DNA of 64,000 bases from Nitrospirota bacterium (GCA_963710375.1 CAVPZX010000002.1:416001-480000), one strand, 5' to 3'. Shown: positions 1 to 10,410, numbered from the stretch's first letter. Notes: generated by a model not told the origin, from the sequence alone. Numbers and translations: made by a program.

Positions 1-635
1 GGTATCGTCTGCCCCTGCAGCATTCCGACCTTGCTGAATATGTCGGCATAGTGGACACTGCCCAGGTTCAGGAAGATTAAGATGACTCCCAATCCAAAGC
101 CGAAATCTCCAAACCTGTTTACAATAAAAGCCTTTTTGCCTGCATCGGATGCGCTCTTCTTATGAAAGTAATAGCCTATAAGAAAATAGGAGCACAACCC
201 AACTGCCTCCCAGCCAAAATAGAGCTGAAGGAGATTATTGGCCAGAACAAGCATAAGCATCGAAAAGGTAAAGAGGCAAAGGTAAGCAAAGAAACGGTAA
301 TACCCGTTGTCACCATGCATGTAGCCAATAGAGTAAATATATACGAGCAGGCTTATGCTCGTCACTACTATAAGCATTATGGCTGTTAGCGGGTCTATTA
401 AAAACCCCACGCTCGCCTTGAAGCTGCCCGATATAATCCAGCTGTAGATATCCTGGTTTATCACCTTGCCGCCCATTACTTCAGCAAAAGTCATCACCGA
501 GAGCACAACTGATCCGAGCAGCGCAAGGACCGCCGGCCAGTGGGCCTTGTTCCTTATGATCGATTTACCTAAGAGAATATTAATTACGAAAGCGATAAGC
601 GGCAAGAGAGGAATTAAAACATATCGTTCCATCAT
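1..635 (-). CDS. nuoL: NADH-quinone oxidoreductase subunit L, 5' part (runs off window start)
   Basis: Minus strand from ATG at 635 reads MMERYVLIPLLPLIAFVINILLG..., later contains the NuoL-type KKAFIVNRFGD motif; abuts nuoK stop. Not in ORF track because truncated. Confidence 0.93.
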   Translation of the reverse strand, partial: MMERYVLIPLLPLIAFVINILLGKSIIRNKAHWPAVLALLGSVVLSVMTFAEVMGGKVINQDIYSWIISGSFKASVGFLIDPLTAIMLIVVTSISLLVYIYSIGYMHGDNGYYRFFAYLCLFTFSMLMLVLANNLLQLYFGWEAVGLCSYFLIGYYFHKKSASDAGKKAFIVNRFGDFGFGLGVILIFLNLGSVHYADIFSKVGMLQGQTI

Positions 636-938
636 CTATCCTTTCATTTCCATGACTTCGTCTGTGTGCAATACCGCCTTGTTTTTAAACATCGCCACCA
701 CTATAGCCAGGCCTATAGCCGCCTCGGCGGCTGCCACGGTGATAATGAAAAGGACCAGAACCTGGCCCCTTACGTCCTGAAGGTAGTGGCTGAAAGCTAC
801 AAGGCTGATATTCACCGAGTTCAGCATCAGTTCTATGGAAATTAGCATAATCATAATATTGCGCCTGATAAGAAACCCGACAGCGCCGATCGTGAAAATT
901 ATTGCACTTAACTCTATATACCAGTTTAAAGGTACCAT
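636..938 (-). CDS. nuoK: NADH-quinone oxidoreductase subunit K
   Basis: 100 aa, IELMLN and AAAEAAIGLA motifs; operon position. Confidence 0.96.
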   Translation of the reverse strand: MVPLNWYIELSAIIFTIGAVGFLIRRNIMIMLISIELMLNSVNISLVAFSHYLQDVRGQVLVLFIITVAAAEAAIGLAIVVAMFKNKAVLHTDEVMEMKG

Positions 939-946
939 CAGTCCTC

Positions 947-1456
947 CTATGTCCTCCTCTTCTTAGCCAGCACCAGGGCGCCGACGACTGCTATAAGCAA
1001 TATGAGCGATGCTATCTCAAAGGGGAAGAGATATTCAGTGTACAATACCCTGCCGAGCACCTTGGCATGAGTTTCGGCCTGGACAGCCGCTATGGTGTAA
1101 CTGCCGAGCGGACCGGGCGTCAATGTGCTAATCGCCAAAAGGATAAGAACCAGTACCGTGCCCCCGACAAAAACTGCCACCGCCCAATCCCCTGCAAACC
1201 GCTCATCAACGACCTCTTTCTTAATGTTCAGCATCATGATGACGAAAAGGAAAAGCACCAATATAGCACCGGCATACAATATCAACTGCACCGCTGCCAG
1301 AAACTCAGCGTTGAGAAACAAATATAAACCCGCAATGTGAAAGAACAGGGCCAGCATCCACAAAATGCTATGTACAGGGTTCTTCCGCGTTATGATCAAA
1401 AGCGAAATAACTACCATCACTATGGAAAAATATCCGAAATACAACTTAGGCAGCAT
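947..1456 (-). CDS. nuoJ: NADH-quinone oxidoreductase subunit J
   Basis: NPVHS, YAGAILVLFLFVIM, YLFPFEIAS motifs. Confidence 0.96.
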   Translation of the reverse strand: MLPKLYFGYFSIVMVVISLLIITRKNPVHSILWMLALFFHIAGLYLFLNAEFLAAVQLILYAGAILVLFLFVIMMLNIKKEVVDERFAGDWAVAVFVGGTVLVLILLAISTLTPGPLGSYTIAAVQAETHAKVLGRVLYTEYLFPFEIASLILLIAVVGALVLAKKRRT

Positions 1457-2018
1457 TACTCATTCCCTCCGTTTTCCCTCGGCTGCCCCTGAATACCGCT
1501 TGGTCCTCATGGGCTTTAAAGTCCTCGCTCATCGGCCTCCAGAAACGTTTGAAATACTCCTCTCCCTTCTTGCCGGCCATGTATTTGTCCCAATTTGCGA
1601 GGAGCTTTTCCTTGTCCATAAAAAGAGCTGCACGCGAAGTGTCGGAATACTCATAATGCCCTGTGAGCACCACAGCTTGAAAGGGGCAGGCCTCCACGCA
1701 AAACCCGCAATAGACACACCTGAGCACTTCAATCTCGTAACGGTCGACAACCTTTGTATGGTCATCAGCTTCGCTGGTGTAAATATCGATGCACCGGGAA
1801 GGACAAACTGCCGCGCACAAACCGCAACCCACACACCGTGCCGTCCCGTCTTCTTTCCTTGCGAGTGCATGCAGCCCACGGAAGGCGAGGAACATTACCC
1901 TCTTTTCCTTAGGGTATTGCCTCGTTACAGCCGGAGTGAGCATCATCCTGAAGGTCAAAGCCATACCTTTCACAATTTCGAGCAGAAAGACCTTTTTTGC
2001 AAAATTCTTTATTCCCAT
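1446..2018 (-). CDS. nuoI: NADH-quinone oxidoreductase subunit I
   Basis: Two 4Fe-4S motifs CVGCGLCAAVCP and CVYCGFCVEACP; T-QYP motif. Confidence 0.96.
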   Translation of the reverse strand: MGIKNFAKKVFLLEIVKGMALTFRMMLTPAVTRQYPKEKRVMFLAFRGLHALARKEDGTARCVGCGLCAAVCPSRCIDIYTSEADDHTKVVDRYEIEVLRCVYCGFCVEACPFQAVVLTGHYEYSDTSRAALFMDKEKLLANWDKYMAGKKGEEYFKRFWRPMSEDFKAHEDQAVFRGSRGKTEGMSNAA

Positions 2019-2041
2019 AGTCCTCTCTTACCTTTCAACCA

Positions 2042-3085
2042 TCAAGCAAAAAATTTAACAATGGAAGTCACGACTATATTGAGCAGTGCCAATGGCAACA
2101 GCACCTTCCATCCCAATGCCATAAGCTGATCGTACCGGTATCTGGGTACCGTCGCCCTTATCCAGTAGAAAAGAAAAATGTGAAAATATACTTTTGCCAG
2201 GAGCCATACTATCCCCGGCACTGCCAACAGAATGGGGACCGCGCCCGTAATAAACGGAGGCAAGGTCCAGCCGCCCATAAAACAAATCGCCGCCATCGAC
2301 GACATCACCAGCATGCCGATATATTCTGACATGTAATAAAGTGCAAATCGCATTCCGCTGTATTCGACAAAGTAGCCTGCCACCAGTTCGCTTTCTGCCT
2401 CAGGCAGATCAAAAGGAGTTCTGTTGGTCTCGGCAAAGGCGGCAACGATGAACACAAAGTAACCAAGGAACTGCGGTATAATAAACATGCCATACCAGTG
2501 CTGCTGCTGTGCATTTACAATCTCTGTAAGGTTCATTGACCCTGCCATCAGTATCACGCCTATAAGGCTCATGCCCATACAGACCTCATAACTGATGACC
2601 TGCGCGGACGCTCTCAGTCCGCCCAGGAACGAATACTTTGAATTGGACGACCATCCGGCCATTACTACTCCGTATGCCCCCAAAGAAGACATAGCAAGAA
2701 CGTAAAGGAGTCCAACATTAATATTGGCTATCACATACCAGTCGCCGGAGGAGAATGGTATTACCGCCAGGGCACTCATAGCGGCAAACGTAAAAATAAT
2801 GGGGGCCAGAATGAATACCGGCTTGTCCGCTTGAGCAGGAATAATGTCTTCTTTGAAAAACGATTTCAGGCCGTCTGCAATCGGCTGCCATATCCCGTGG
2901 GGGCCGGTCCTCATGGGTCCAAGCCTCACCTGCATATGCCCAATCACTTTTCTTTCAAAATAAGTTGCATACATAACATGTAACAGAATCACGCTTATGA
3001 CAATCGCTATTTTGACTAATATAATAATGAATTGCATTATGAAATGAAGATTCCCTGATGAGGCCGCCATATCGACTAAGTTCAC
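2042..3085 (-). CDS. nuoH: NADH-quinone oxidoreductase subunit H
   Basis: ERKVIGHMQVRLGP, AETNRTPFDLPEAESELV, PRYRYDQLM. Confidence 0.97.
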   Translation of the reverse strand: MNLVDMAASSGNLHFIMQFIIILVKIAIVISVILLHVMYATYFERKVIGHMQVRLGPMRTGPHGIWQPIADGLKSFFKEDIIPAQADKPVFILAPIIFTFAAMSALAVIPFSSGDWYVIANINVGLLYVLAMSSLGAYGVVMAGWSSNSKYSFLGGLRASAQVISYEVCMGMSLIGVILMAGSMNLTEIVNAQQQHWYGMFIIPQFLGYFVFIVAAFAETNRTPFDLPEAESELVAGYFVEYSGMRFALYYMSEYIGMLVMSSMAAICFMGGWTLPPFITGAVPILLAVPGIVWLLAKVYFHIFLFYWIRATVPRYRYDQLMALGWKVLLPLALLNIVVTSIVKFFA

Positions 3086-3122
3086 GCTGATACCTCCGAT
3101 GTAATCCTATAAACCTATATTG

Positions 3123-4322
3123 CTATCTGTCGCACTCCCCGAGCACTATATCCAGAGTGCCGATATTTGCAACAACGTCCGCTACCATGGCATCCCGGCA
3201 TAAAACCGGCAACGCTGCTAAATGGACAAATGAAGGCGCCCTTAGCCTCATCCTGTAGGGCCTTCCGCTTCCGTCGCTGACTATATAATAGCCCAGTTCG
3301 CCTTTGGGGACTTCGGTAGCCACATATATTTCACCTACGGGTGCGGCAATAGGGCCTTTTGTAATCAAGACAAATTGATGAATAAGCGATTCCATATCAG
3401 CCAATACCCTGTCCTTTGGAGGCAGGGTGAATTTAGGAGCATCAGGCGCCATGATGGCCCCCTTGGGCAACTGCTCGATGCACTGCCTTATAATCCAGTT
3501 CGACTGTTTCATCTCTTCCATACGGCAGAGATAGCGGTCATACACATCACCATTTTTTCCTACCGGCACATTGAACTCTACCTTTTCATAGGCATCATAG
3601 GGGGCATATTTCCTGACATCATAGGGCACGCCGGAGCCGCGCAGGTTAGGACCTGTAAGACCCCAACTTATTGCTTCTTCGGCACTTATAACGCCGATGC
3701 CCTGCGTGCGCTGCTTCCATATCCTATTTTCGTTCAGGAGGGTCTCATATTCACGTTCTATCGTTGCTGGAAATGTCTCGGTAAATGCGTATAATTTATC
3801 AAGAAACTCCTGGCTTACATCATTCCTCACACCGCCGATTCTCGGGTAGCTCACAGTAAGCCTTGCGCCGCAGGTCATCTCAAACAGGTCCAATAACGTT
3901 TCTCTGTCTCTGAATGAGTACAGAAAGAGAGTCATCGCGCCGATGTCGAGGGCATGAGTTGCAACACCTATTATATGACTGCTTATCCTCGTCATTTCCG
4001 ACATCATGGTCCGGATGTACTTTGCGCGCTCAGGCGCCTCGACTCCGAAAAGCCTTTCGCACGCCAAACAATATCCGACATTGTTCGCCATGCTGGAGAT
4101 ATAATCGAGCCTGTCAGTCAACGGCAGCGCAGAAAGGTAGGTACGGTTTTCAGAAAGCTTCTCCACTCCCCTGTGGAGATACCCTACATAGGGAGTTATC
4201 TTAACAACGCTTTCGCCGTCAAGTTCAAGCACGACCCTCAGCACGCCATGTGTAGCAGGGTGCTGAGGCCCCATGCTAATGGTCAACTCTTTAGTCTTAA
4301 GGTCCTTTTCTATGGCCGGCAT
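3123..4322 (-). CDS. nuoD: NADH-quinone oxidoreductase subunit D
   Basis: [22 protein letters not shown]-terminal GECDR; no NiFe CxxC motifs. Confidence 0.97.
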   Translation of the reverse strand: MPAIEKDLKTKELTISMGPQHPATHGVLRVVLELDGESVVKITPYVGYLHRGVEKLSENRTYLSALPLTDRLDYISSMANNVGYCLACERLFGVEAPERAKYIRTMMSEMTRISSHIIGVATHALDIGAMTLFLYSFRDRETLLDLFEMTCGARLTVSYPRIGGVRNDVSQEFLDKLYAFTETFPATIEREYETLLNENRIWKQRTQGIGVISAEEAISWGLTGPNLRGSGVPYDVRKYAPYDAYEKVEFNVPVGKNGDVYDRYLCRMEEMKQSNWIIRQCIEQLPKGAIMAPDAPKFTLPPKDRVLADMESLIHQFVLITKGPIAAPVGEIYVATEVPKGELGYYIVSDGSGRPYRMRLRAPSFVHLAALPVLCRDAMVADVVANIGTLDIVLGECDR

Positions 4323-4859
4323 CTATATTACCTCATATCCTTTGTTCTTTTTTGCAATTTCGACGATCTCTGTATATCCGCGCCATTCCTTCTCACCAAG
4401 ATCGCTCTTGAGCGGATAATCTTTTCTTAATGGATGCCCTTCCCAGTCTTCCGGCATGAGGATTCTCCTCAAGTCAGGATGGCCGTTGAAGGTAATGCCA
4501 AAGAGGTCAAAACACTCGCGCTCATGCCAATTGGCCCCTGCCCAGACATCAACAACACTGTCTATTGACGCATCTTCCTCCGGCACCTCAGCCTTAATCC
4601 GTATCATATGCCTGTGCCTCAGAGAGTACAAATGGTAAACCACTTCAAACCGAGTCTCCTTTTTGCCTAAGTAGTCCACACCGCATAGGTCTCTGAGAAA
4701 ATTGAAATAAAGCTCCGGAGTATCATGAAGGTACTGCATTATCTCCTTTATCCTGTCTTTTCTCAGCACAACCGATAACTGGCCGTGGAATTCCTTGGTC
4801 CCCCTCAACTCATCGGGATACCTGTCTTTTATCATCTCGGCAATATCATTCAGTTCCAT
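4323..4859 (-). CDS. nuoC: NADH-quinone oxidoreductase subunit C
   Basis: ERECFDLFGI, GHPDLRRIL, GHPLRKDYP. Confidence 0.97.
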   Translation of the reverse strand: MELNDIAEMIKDRYPDELRGTKEFHGQLSVVLRKDRIKEIMQYLHDTPELYFNFLRDLCGVDYLGKKETRFEVVYHLYSLRHRHMIRIKAEVPEEDASIDSVVDVWAGANWHERECFDLFGITFNGHPDLRRILMPEDWEGHPLRKDYPLKSDLGEKEWRGYTEIVEIAKKNKGYEVI

Positions 4860-4867
4860 AATTAATT

Positions 4868-4955
4868 CAGGTTAAGATTAAGGTTAAGGTTAAGAAACAC
4901 CTAAAAAAATTACCTTAGTCTTGGTCTTCTTGACCTCAGCCTTAACCTTTACCTG
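4868..4955. repeat. Inverted tandem-hexamer element (AGGTTA/AGGTTG family)
   Basis: Left arm CAGGTTAAGATTAAGGTTAAGGTTAAGAA; right arm reverse-complements to CAGGTAAAGGTTAAGGCTGAGGTCAAGAA; between nuoB and nuoC. Confidence 0.9.
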
Positions 4956-4959
4956 TCTT

Positions 4960-5484
4960 TTACCTCCACATACTCCACTTGAAGTGTTCTTTTTTTATCT
5001 TTTCCTGAAGCTTGATGATGCCGTCATAGAGAGCTTCAGGCCTTGGCGGGCATCCCGGCACATAAACATCTACGGGCAAAAAGGTATCGGCACCCTGAAC
5101 AGTGCTGTATGTATCGAAGATCCCTCCGCTGCAGGCACAACTGCCCATCGCTATTACATACCTGGGCAAGGCCATCTGGTCATAGACCCTGCGTATAATC
5201 GGGGTCATTTTCTTTGTGATGGTACCCGCGAGAATGATGACATCCGCCTGCCTCGGCGATCCCCTGAAAACTATTCCAAATCTGTCCAGATCATAGTGTG
5301 ACGCTCCCGAAGCCATCATTTCGATAGCGCAGCAGGCCAGTCCAAAACTCATAGGCCATAAGGAAGACAATCTGGCCCAGTCCACGACCTTGTCAAGAGT
5401 GGCTATTATGGTGTTTGCACCGGGAATTACCCGCACACCTTCTTCCACTTCAATCAAATCCGTAGTGTTTTCCAATACCATCAT
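4960..5484 (-). CDS. nuoB: NADH-quinone oxidoreductase subunit B
   Basis: [33 protein letters not shown]. Confidence 0.97.
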   Translation of the reverse strand: MMVLENTTDLIEVEEGVRVIPGANTIIATLDKVVDWARLSSLWPMSFGLACCAIEMMASGASHYDLDRFGIVFRGSPRQADVIILAGTITKKMTPIIRRVYDQMALPRYVIAMGSCACSGGIFDTYSTVQGADTFLPVDVYVPGCPPRPEALYDGIIKLQEKIKKEHFKWSMWR

Positions 5485-5512
5485 ATGCCTTTACCCCCCA
5501 CTAATCTGTGCT

Positions 5513-5896
5513 TCAATCCCATTCGAATGCCTCTTTTTTCCAGGCATAGACATATCCTATAAGCAGGACCGCTATGAAAAGCATCATTTCTATCAGCGCA
5601 TAAAGGCCGATTTTATCGTACACAAGTGCCCATGGATACAGGAAAACAGCTTCAACATCAAATATGACAAATAGCATGGCAATAATATAGAACCTGACAT
5701 TGAACCGCTGCCTTGCCTCTCCAATAGGAGGGTTCCCTGATTCATAAGCCATGAGTTTTTCCGGGTAAGGCCTTTTAAGCCTGAACAGCTGTCCGATCAA
5801 CAGCACTACGATTCCAAATAAGAAAGCGATAATCATAAATATTAATACGGGAAAGTATGCGGTGGGCACAAAATTACCTGGAACCATTGTATTCAT
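5513..5896 (-). CDS. nuoA: NADH-quinone oxidoreductase subunit A
   Basis: YESG, RFYIIAMLFVIFDVEAVFLYPW. Confidence 0.96.
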   Translation of the reverse strand: MNTMVPGNFVPTAYFPVLIFMIIAFLFGIVVLLIGQLFRLKRPYPEKLMAYESGNPPIGEARQRFNVRFYIIAMLFVIFDVEAVFLYPWALVYDKIGLYALIEMMLFIAVLLIGYVYAWKKEAFEWD

Positions 5897-6071
5897 CTAT
5901 TACCTCATTTTTAGTCGTTTTTAAGAACCAAATTGCTATTTATAACTTAAGCTGCGGAGGCTTGTCAAGTTAATTAAATTGTATTTTTTTATAAAATTTT
6001 ATTATATTGCTCACTATTTTAGTATATGGCTTCCTTGTTTTTAGCGCGTCAGTTAAGTAAAATCACAGTAC

Positions 6072-6860
6072 ATGAATGTTCTTGAGAAAATAATGCAAAA
6101 AAAGGCCGAACGACTGGCAAACTCAAGAAATATTATTTCGCTTCGAGAGTTAAAACTCACCATCGCAGATGCTGACAATGAAGCGCGGGACTTAAAGAGT
6201 GCTTTGAGCGCCGGTAAGGGGGAAATACGGCTTATTGCCGAGTTAAAAAAGGCATCACCTTCCAAAGGCTTGATACGGCCCGTCTTTGATCCTGCCGAAA
6301 TCGCCTCGCTTTATGAAAGAAAGCGTGTCAGCGCCCTGTCAATCTTAACTGAAGAAGATTTTTTTCAGGGCAGCTTATCTTACCTGAGGACAGTCAGGGA
6401 CGTTACCTCAAAACCCATTTTGAGAAAAGATTTTATTTTTGATGAGTACCAGATATTTGAATCAAAAGCACACCGTGCAGATGCCCTTCTGCTTATTGCC
6501 GCAGCGCTTGAGAGGAACCAGGCCCAGGAATATCTGCATTTGGCCGGCGAATTACATCTCGGAGTCCTGTTTGAGGTGCACAATGAAGAAGACCTTGAAA
6601 AGGCGCTATTGGTAAAGGCTGAGATTATCGGCATAAACAATCGCGACCTCAAGACATTAAAAATCGATCTTTCAACAACGTTTAGGCTGATAAATGAGAT
6701 ACCGGAAGACCGCGTCGTAGTAAGCGAAAGCGGCATCAGAAACAGAAATGACGTTGTAACACTTATGGACGCGGGAGTGGATGCAATACTTGTCGGTACA
6801 TCGCTGATGGCGGCAAAAGATATCGGGGCAAAGATCGACGAACTGATGGGAAACGCCTAA
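6072..6860 (+). CDS. trpC: Indole-3-glycerol phosphate synthase
   Basis: IAELKKASPSKG, LRKDFI, GINNRDL, SESGI motifs. Confidence 0.96.
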   Translation: MNVLEKIMQKKAERLANSRNIISLRELKLTIADADNEARDLKSALSAGKGEIRLIAELKKASPSKGLIRPVFDPAEIASLYERKRVSALSILTEEDFFQGSLSYLRTVRDVTSKPILRKDFIFDEYQIFESKAHRADALLLIAAALERNQAQEYLHLAGELHLGVLFEVHNEEDLEKALLVKAEIIGINNRDLKTLKIDLSTTFRLINEIPEDRVVVSESGIRNRNDVVTLMDAGVDAILVGTSLMAAKDIGAKIDELMGNA

Positions 6861-6965
6861 ATACCGTGAATAGTGAAAAGTGAATAGTGAACGTAAAAGT
6901 CAGAAACAAAAAAAACGTGAGTGCTGTTGACCCTTCACCTTTCACTATTCACGATTCACGGTATT
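6860..6965. repeat. Inverted tandem-heptamer element (GTGAATA family)
   Basis: AATACCGTGAATAGTGAAAAGTGAATAGTGAA ... TTCACCTTTCACTATTCACGATTCACGGTATT between convergent trpC and HNH genes. Confidence 0.9.
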
Positions 6966-7241
6966 TTCTAGATACTCTTCCCATTCCATAGGGAGCAGAT
7001 ACTTCTTATTATTATTGCAGTTTTTGCAGGCGGTCACGATGTTGCCCTTTACAGACTTGCCGCCGCGGGCCAGCGGCACTATATGGTCCATGGTGAGCAG
7101 CCTGGCAGGAACCTTTGCATTACAGTAGTAACATGTGCCGGCGGCGCACTTCCTTTTCCACCAGGTGCTCTGGCGGAGGTCGCGGGCAATGTTGCGCTCT
7201 CTTTTAATATACTCTTCGGTGATATCCGATACGAAAACCAT
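6945..7241 (-). CDS. Small HNH endonuclease
   Basis: CYYC...TMDHIVPLARGG...NIVTACKNCNN. Confidence 0.9.
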   Translation of the reverse strand: MVFVSDITEEYIKRERNIARDLRQSTWWKRKCAAGTCYYCNAKVPARLLTMDHIVPLARGGKSVKGNIVTACKNCNNNKKYLLPMEWEEYLENTVNRE

Positions 7242-7243
7242 AA

Positions 7244-7522
7244 CTACTTCCGGCCTTTTTTAGCGTCTTCCTCTTCAAAAAACTTTCTATACATGATTTC
7301 CCACTCGGGGCTGCCATCGACAAGCTTTTTAGTATAAGACTGAAGTTTTTTCCTCACTTCGGCATCAATGTCCTCGCCGACTTTTAACTCGTTGGTGATA
7401 GTTCGTTTTATTTCCCTCCTCACCAGGCCGTCATCCTCCTTCAGGGTAATCAAGCCCTTTTCCATCAGTCCTTTCAGCAGCATATGGGTAGTATGAGTTA
7501 TCTTATCGTCAGAGAGCATCAT
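7244..7522 (-). CDS. DUF507 family protein
   Basis: MLSDDKI...GSPEWEIMYRK pattern typical of the family; tandem with paralog. Confidence 0.8.
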   Translation of the reverse strand: MMLSDDKITHTTHMLLKGLMEKGLITLKEDDGLVRREIKRTITNELKVGEDIDAEVRKKLQSYTKKLVDGSPEWEIMYRKFFEEEDAKKGRK

Positions 7523-7800
7523 AGTACTATGTTCCTTTCCCTGACAAGTTTATGTTTTGTCATATCGAAGAGTTTCCTGAAATCGAGTCTTCCTTTTTCT
7601 ATTTCGGATTCGTACTTCTTCAACAACTGGCGCACTTCTTCATTAAGCCTGTCTTCAGCCATGAGCTCATCGAGGAGCAAAGTCTCAGTTTCTTCAATGA
7701 GCCGCTCAACGGCAACCGCCGGCTCAATAAGGCCCTTGTTGACAAGATTATTGATAATCTGTTTTGCCATAAAAGGTACCCAACTCTTCGGTATGCGCAT
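7519..7800 (-). CDS. DUF507 family protein
   Basis: Start moved to ATG at 7800 (MRIPKSWV...), just after rpsR stop; EDRLNEEVR...KLVRERNIVL. Confidence 0.8.
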   Translation of the reverse strand: MRIPKSWVPFMAKQIINNLVNKGLIEPAVAVERLIEETETLLLDELMAEDRLNEEVRQLLKKYESEIEKGRLDFRKLFDMTKHKLVRERNIVL

Positions 7801-7801
7801 T

Positions 7802-8026
7802 CTATTTTTCCATAAAAGGCAAAAGTGCAATATACCGTGCTCTCTTGACTGCAGTGGTCAATTCCCGCTGATGGGCCGCACAGGTTCCGGTCATTTTCCT
7901 TGTAAGGATCTTCCCTCGCTCAGTCATATAACTTCTAAGGCCTTTTAAATCCTTATAGTCAATAAATGCTATCTTGTCGGCGCAATACCTGCAGAATTTC
8001 CTTTTCTGAAATCTCTTCTGTTGCAT
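7802..8026 (-). CDS. rpsR: 30S ribosomal protein S18
   Basis: [24 protein letters not shown]; Zn-type CxxC. Confidence 0.97.
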   Translation of the reverse strand: MQQKRFQKRKFCRYCADKIAFIDYKDLKGLRSYMTERGKILTRKMTGTCAAHQRELTTAVKRARYIALLPFMEK

Positions 8027-8040
8027 GTCATCTCCTTTCT

Positions 8041-8451
8041 TTAAAACGGCTCTAAATCCGTTGTTTCATCAGGCGGGGCCATATCAGCAATATTAGATCC
8101 TTCGGCATGGGCTTGTCCGCCCCGGGCGGAGTCCCGCTTTGGCATGAATCTAACGTCCCTCGCTATAACTTCAAATTTACTCTTCTGGACTCCTTCCGAC
8201 TCCCATTTGCGTTCACGGAGCCTGCCTTCCACAAGCACTGGATTGCCTTTGCTCAAGAATTTGCCGCAGCTCTCGGCCTGTTTGCCGAACACAACGGCAT
8301 TGATAAAAAGCACCTCTTCTTTTGTATCATCTCCCTGTTTGTACTTGGAGTTGACGGCAATTGAAATCGTGGTCACAGGCGTCCCGCCAGGCGTATACCG
8401 CACTTCAGGATCTCTTGTAAGGTTCCCTATAAGAATAATCCGGTTAAACAT
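8041..8451 (-). CDS. ssb: Single-stranded DNA-binding protein
   Basis: [20 protein letters not shown], acidic C-terminal ...DLEPF. Confidence 0.97.
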   Translation of the reverse strand: MFNRIILIGNLTRDPEVRYTPGGTPVTTISIAVNSKYKQGDDTKEEVLFINAVVFGKQAESCGKFLSKGNPVLVEGRLRERKWESEGVQKSKFEVIARDVRFMPKRDSARGGQAHAEGSNIADMAPPDETTDLEPF

Positions 8452-8872
8452 CAGCGCCTGTTTTCACCTCTGCTGAGGGCTCAACCACGTGAGCTGCACC
8501 TCCAACAGTCTTCGACTTTTCGGGGACACCGGGTTCTGAGGCAGCAGTGACCCCAAGCACCTCTTTGGGAAGTGCTTCTATCTGTTTAGGGCCGAGTCTG
8601 ATAACCATGAACTTGAGAACAGGGTCAAAAACTTTAAAGAAACTTTCGATCTTGCCAATCGTGGAGGAAGGGGCCTTAAACAGGTAGAAGATATATATTC
8701 CCATCTTCTGTTTATTGAGTTCATAAGAGAGCTTCCTCCTCCCCCAGTTATCAGCCTTGAAAACCTCACCGTCAGACTTCGTTATCTGCTCTGAAACCTT
8801 ATCAATAGCGGATTTTATTTCCTCATCATTGAGGGCAGGATTCAGAATGACCATACTTTCGTACCAATTCAT
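8444..8872 (-). CDS. rpsF: 30S ribosomal protein S6
   Basis: YESMVILNP, WGRRKLSYEL; GGAGG RBS before ATG 8872; rpsF-ssb-rpsR order. Confidence 0.95.
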   Translation of the reverse strand: MNWYESMVILNPALNDEEIKSAIDKVSEQITKSDGEVFKADNWGRRKLSYELNKQKMGIYIFYLFKAPSSTIGKIESFFKVFDPVLKFMVIRLGPKQIEALPKEVLGVTAASEPGVPEKSKTVGGAAHVVEPSAEVKTGADV

Positions 8873-8876
8873 CAAA

Positions 8877-8924
8877 CACCTCCATATGGATATAAAGCCC
8901 TTTCACAAAGGAAGGGCATGGAGG
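8877..8924 (-). promoter_or_regulatory. S6:S18 ribosomal protein leader (autoregulatory RNA)
   Basis: Minus strand CCTCCATGCCCTTCCTTTGTGAAAGGGCTTTATATCCATATGGAGGTG: CCTCC can pair with the GGAGG RBS, inner GCCCTT/AAGGGC stem, unpaired CCA before RBS, matching the known rpsF leader architecture. Confidence 0.7.
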
Positions 8925-8997
8925 ATACACCAATTTCCAGAAGAAAAAATTTGGGGCACCCAAGAATGACTGTTATAGCATATTTAACACTTAAAAA

Positions 8998-10398
8998 TCA
9001 AATAAGTTTATACTCTTTCATCTTCTTATTAAGTGTATTTCTGTTGATTCCCAGGGCCTTGGCCGCCTTGACCTGGTTTCCCCCGGTCTCCTTCAACGCA
9101 ATGCCCAGGAGGGCTTTGTCAACTTCCGCTATGATCGTTTCATAGAGATTGGAATTCTCAATCCTGGTCATTTTTTTCAACAGGCCGTCAAGCTTTACCT
9201 CGAGAAACTCTTTTACAGAACACGCATTATAATCATTGGCAAAGAGTTCCTTTCTTTCAATCAGACTTCCCTTTGAAAGAATCGTCGCCCGTTTTACGCA
9301 ATTTTCAAGCTCCATCACATTGCCAGGCCAATCATAGCCGGAGAGAGACTTTTCGGCATCTTTGGAAAAATCTTTTGTAGGCAGCTCAAAGGCCTTTATT
9401 GACTCTTTAAGAAAATGACGCGCTAATGGAAGTATATCTTCTTTCCTTTCCCTTAGAGGGGGCAGCTTCATCTCAATATCGCTGAACCCGCGGTAAAGAT
9501 CCTCGCGGAAAAGGCCGCACTTCACGCACTCCTTGAGGTCCTTGTTGGTAGCACCAATAATCCTGACGTCGGCTTTGATAACATTGCTGCTCCCCAGCAG
9601 GCTGTACTCCCGCTCCTGCAAAAAGCGCAGGAGTTTCGACTGGAGGTGAGCATCAAATTCGGAAATTTCATCAAAGAACAACGTGCCGCCGTAAGCATGC
9701 TGTATCTTGCCTTCAGTTCTTTCCACTGCACCGGAAAAGGCGCCCTTCTCCCAGCCGAAAAGCTCAGCTTCTATGAGTTCCCCGGGAATCGAAGCGTAAT
9801 TGATAGCAACAAAGGGGCCTAATTTTCTTCTGCTGTTTTTATGGATGGTCCTCGCGACAAGCTCTTTGCCGGTACCGCTCTCGCCGGAGATGAGCACCGT
9901 ATTATCTTTTGGTGCAACTCTCCCGATTTCTTTGAATACTTTCAGAATGCTGCGGGATTTGCCTATAAGCTGTCCTCCATTATGAAAGGGCATGGAATCT
10001 TCTTTGATTTGCCTGAGCTTTAGGAGTTCTTCTCGTATATTTATGTCCCTGAAAGCCCTATCTGCAACGATTTTCAGTTCCTCAATGTCTAACGGCTTTT
10101 CCAGGTAATCATAGGCGCCCTCCTTCATGGCATCCATAGCGCTTTCCCTGCGTCCGTGAGCGGTAACCATAATCACGAGAGTATCGGGATTAAAAACCCT
10201 CATCTCCTTCAACGCATCAACACTGTTGCCGTCGGGAAGCGTGAGGTCAAGTAACATGAGCTTGTATTTGTCGGCAATCTTAATACCCGACCTGAGGTTG
10301 TTCCTTGTCTCTATCTCGTAGCCAAGTGGTTCCAATGCCTTCCGTACGACCCGGATCACGCTCTCATCATCATCTATAACCAGCAACCGTTTACTCAT
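8998..10398 (-). CDS. NtrC-like response regulator (REC-AAA+-Fis HTH) with degenerate AAA+ motifs
   Basis: Receiver DD/D/K residues, [34 protein letters not shown]. Confidence 0.92.
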   Translation of the reverse strand: MSKRLLVIDDDESVIRVVRKALEPLGYEIETRNNLRSGIKIADKYKLMLLDLTLPDGNSVDALKEMRVFNPDTLVIMVTAHGRRESAMDAMKEGAYDYLEKPLDIEELKIVADRAFRDINIREELLKLRQIKEDSMPFHNGGQLIGKSRSILKVFKEIGRVAPKDNTVLISGESGTGKELVARTIHKNSRRKLGPFVAINYASIPGELIEAELFGWEKGAFSGAVERTEGKIQHAYGGTLFFDEISEFDAHLQSKLLRFLQEREYSLLGSSNVIKADVRIIGATNKDLKECVKCGLFREDLYRGFSDIEMKLPPLRERKEDILPLARHFLKESIKAFELPTKDFSKDAEKSLSGYDWPGNVMELENCVKRATILSKGSLIERKELFANDYNACSVKEFLEVKLDGLLKKMTRIENSNLYETIIAEVDKALLGIALKETGGNQVKAAKALGINRNTLNKKMKEYKLI

Positions 10399-10410
10399 TT
10401 TCTCCTAAAG

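Noticed and set aside
1365..2129. Long plus-strand ORF (also 32776-33531, 40038-40646, 48910-49521 and similar)
   Set aside because: Antisense to well-supported genes, with no motifs of their own.
3123..5484. Group 4 NiFe hydrogenase instead of complex I
   Set aside because: The large subunit lacks both Ni-binding CxxC motifs, and nuoA/J/K are present.
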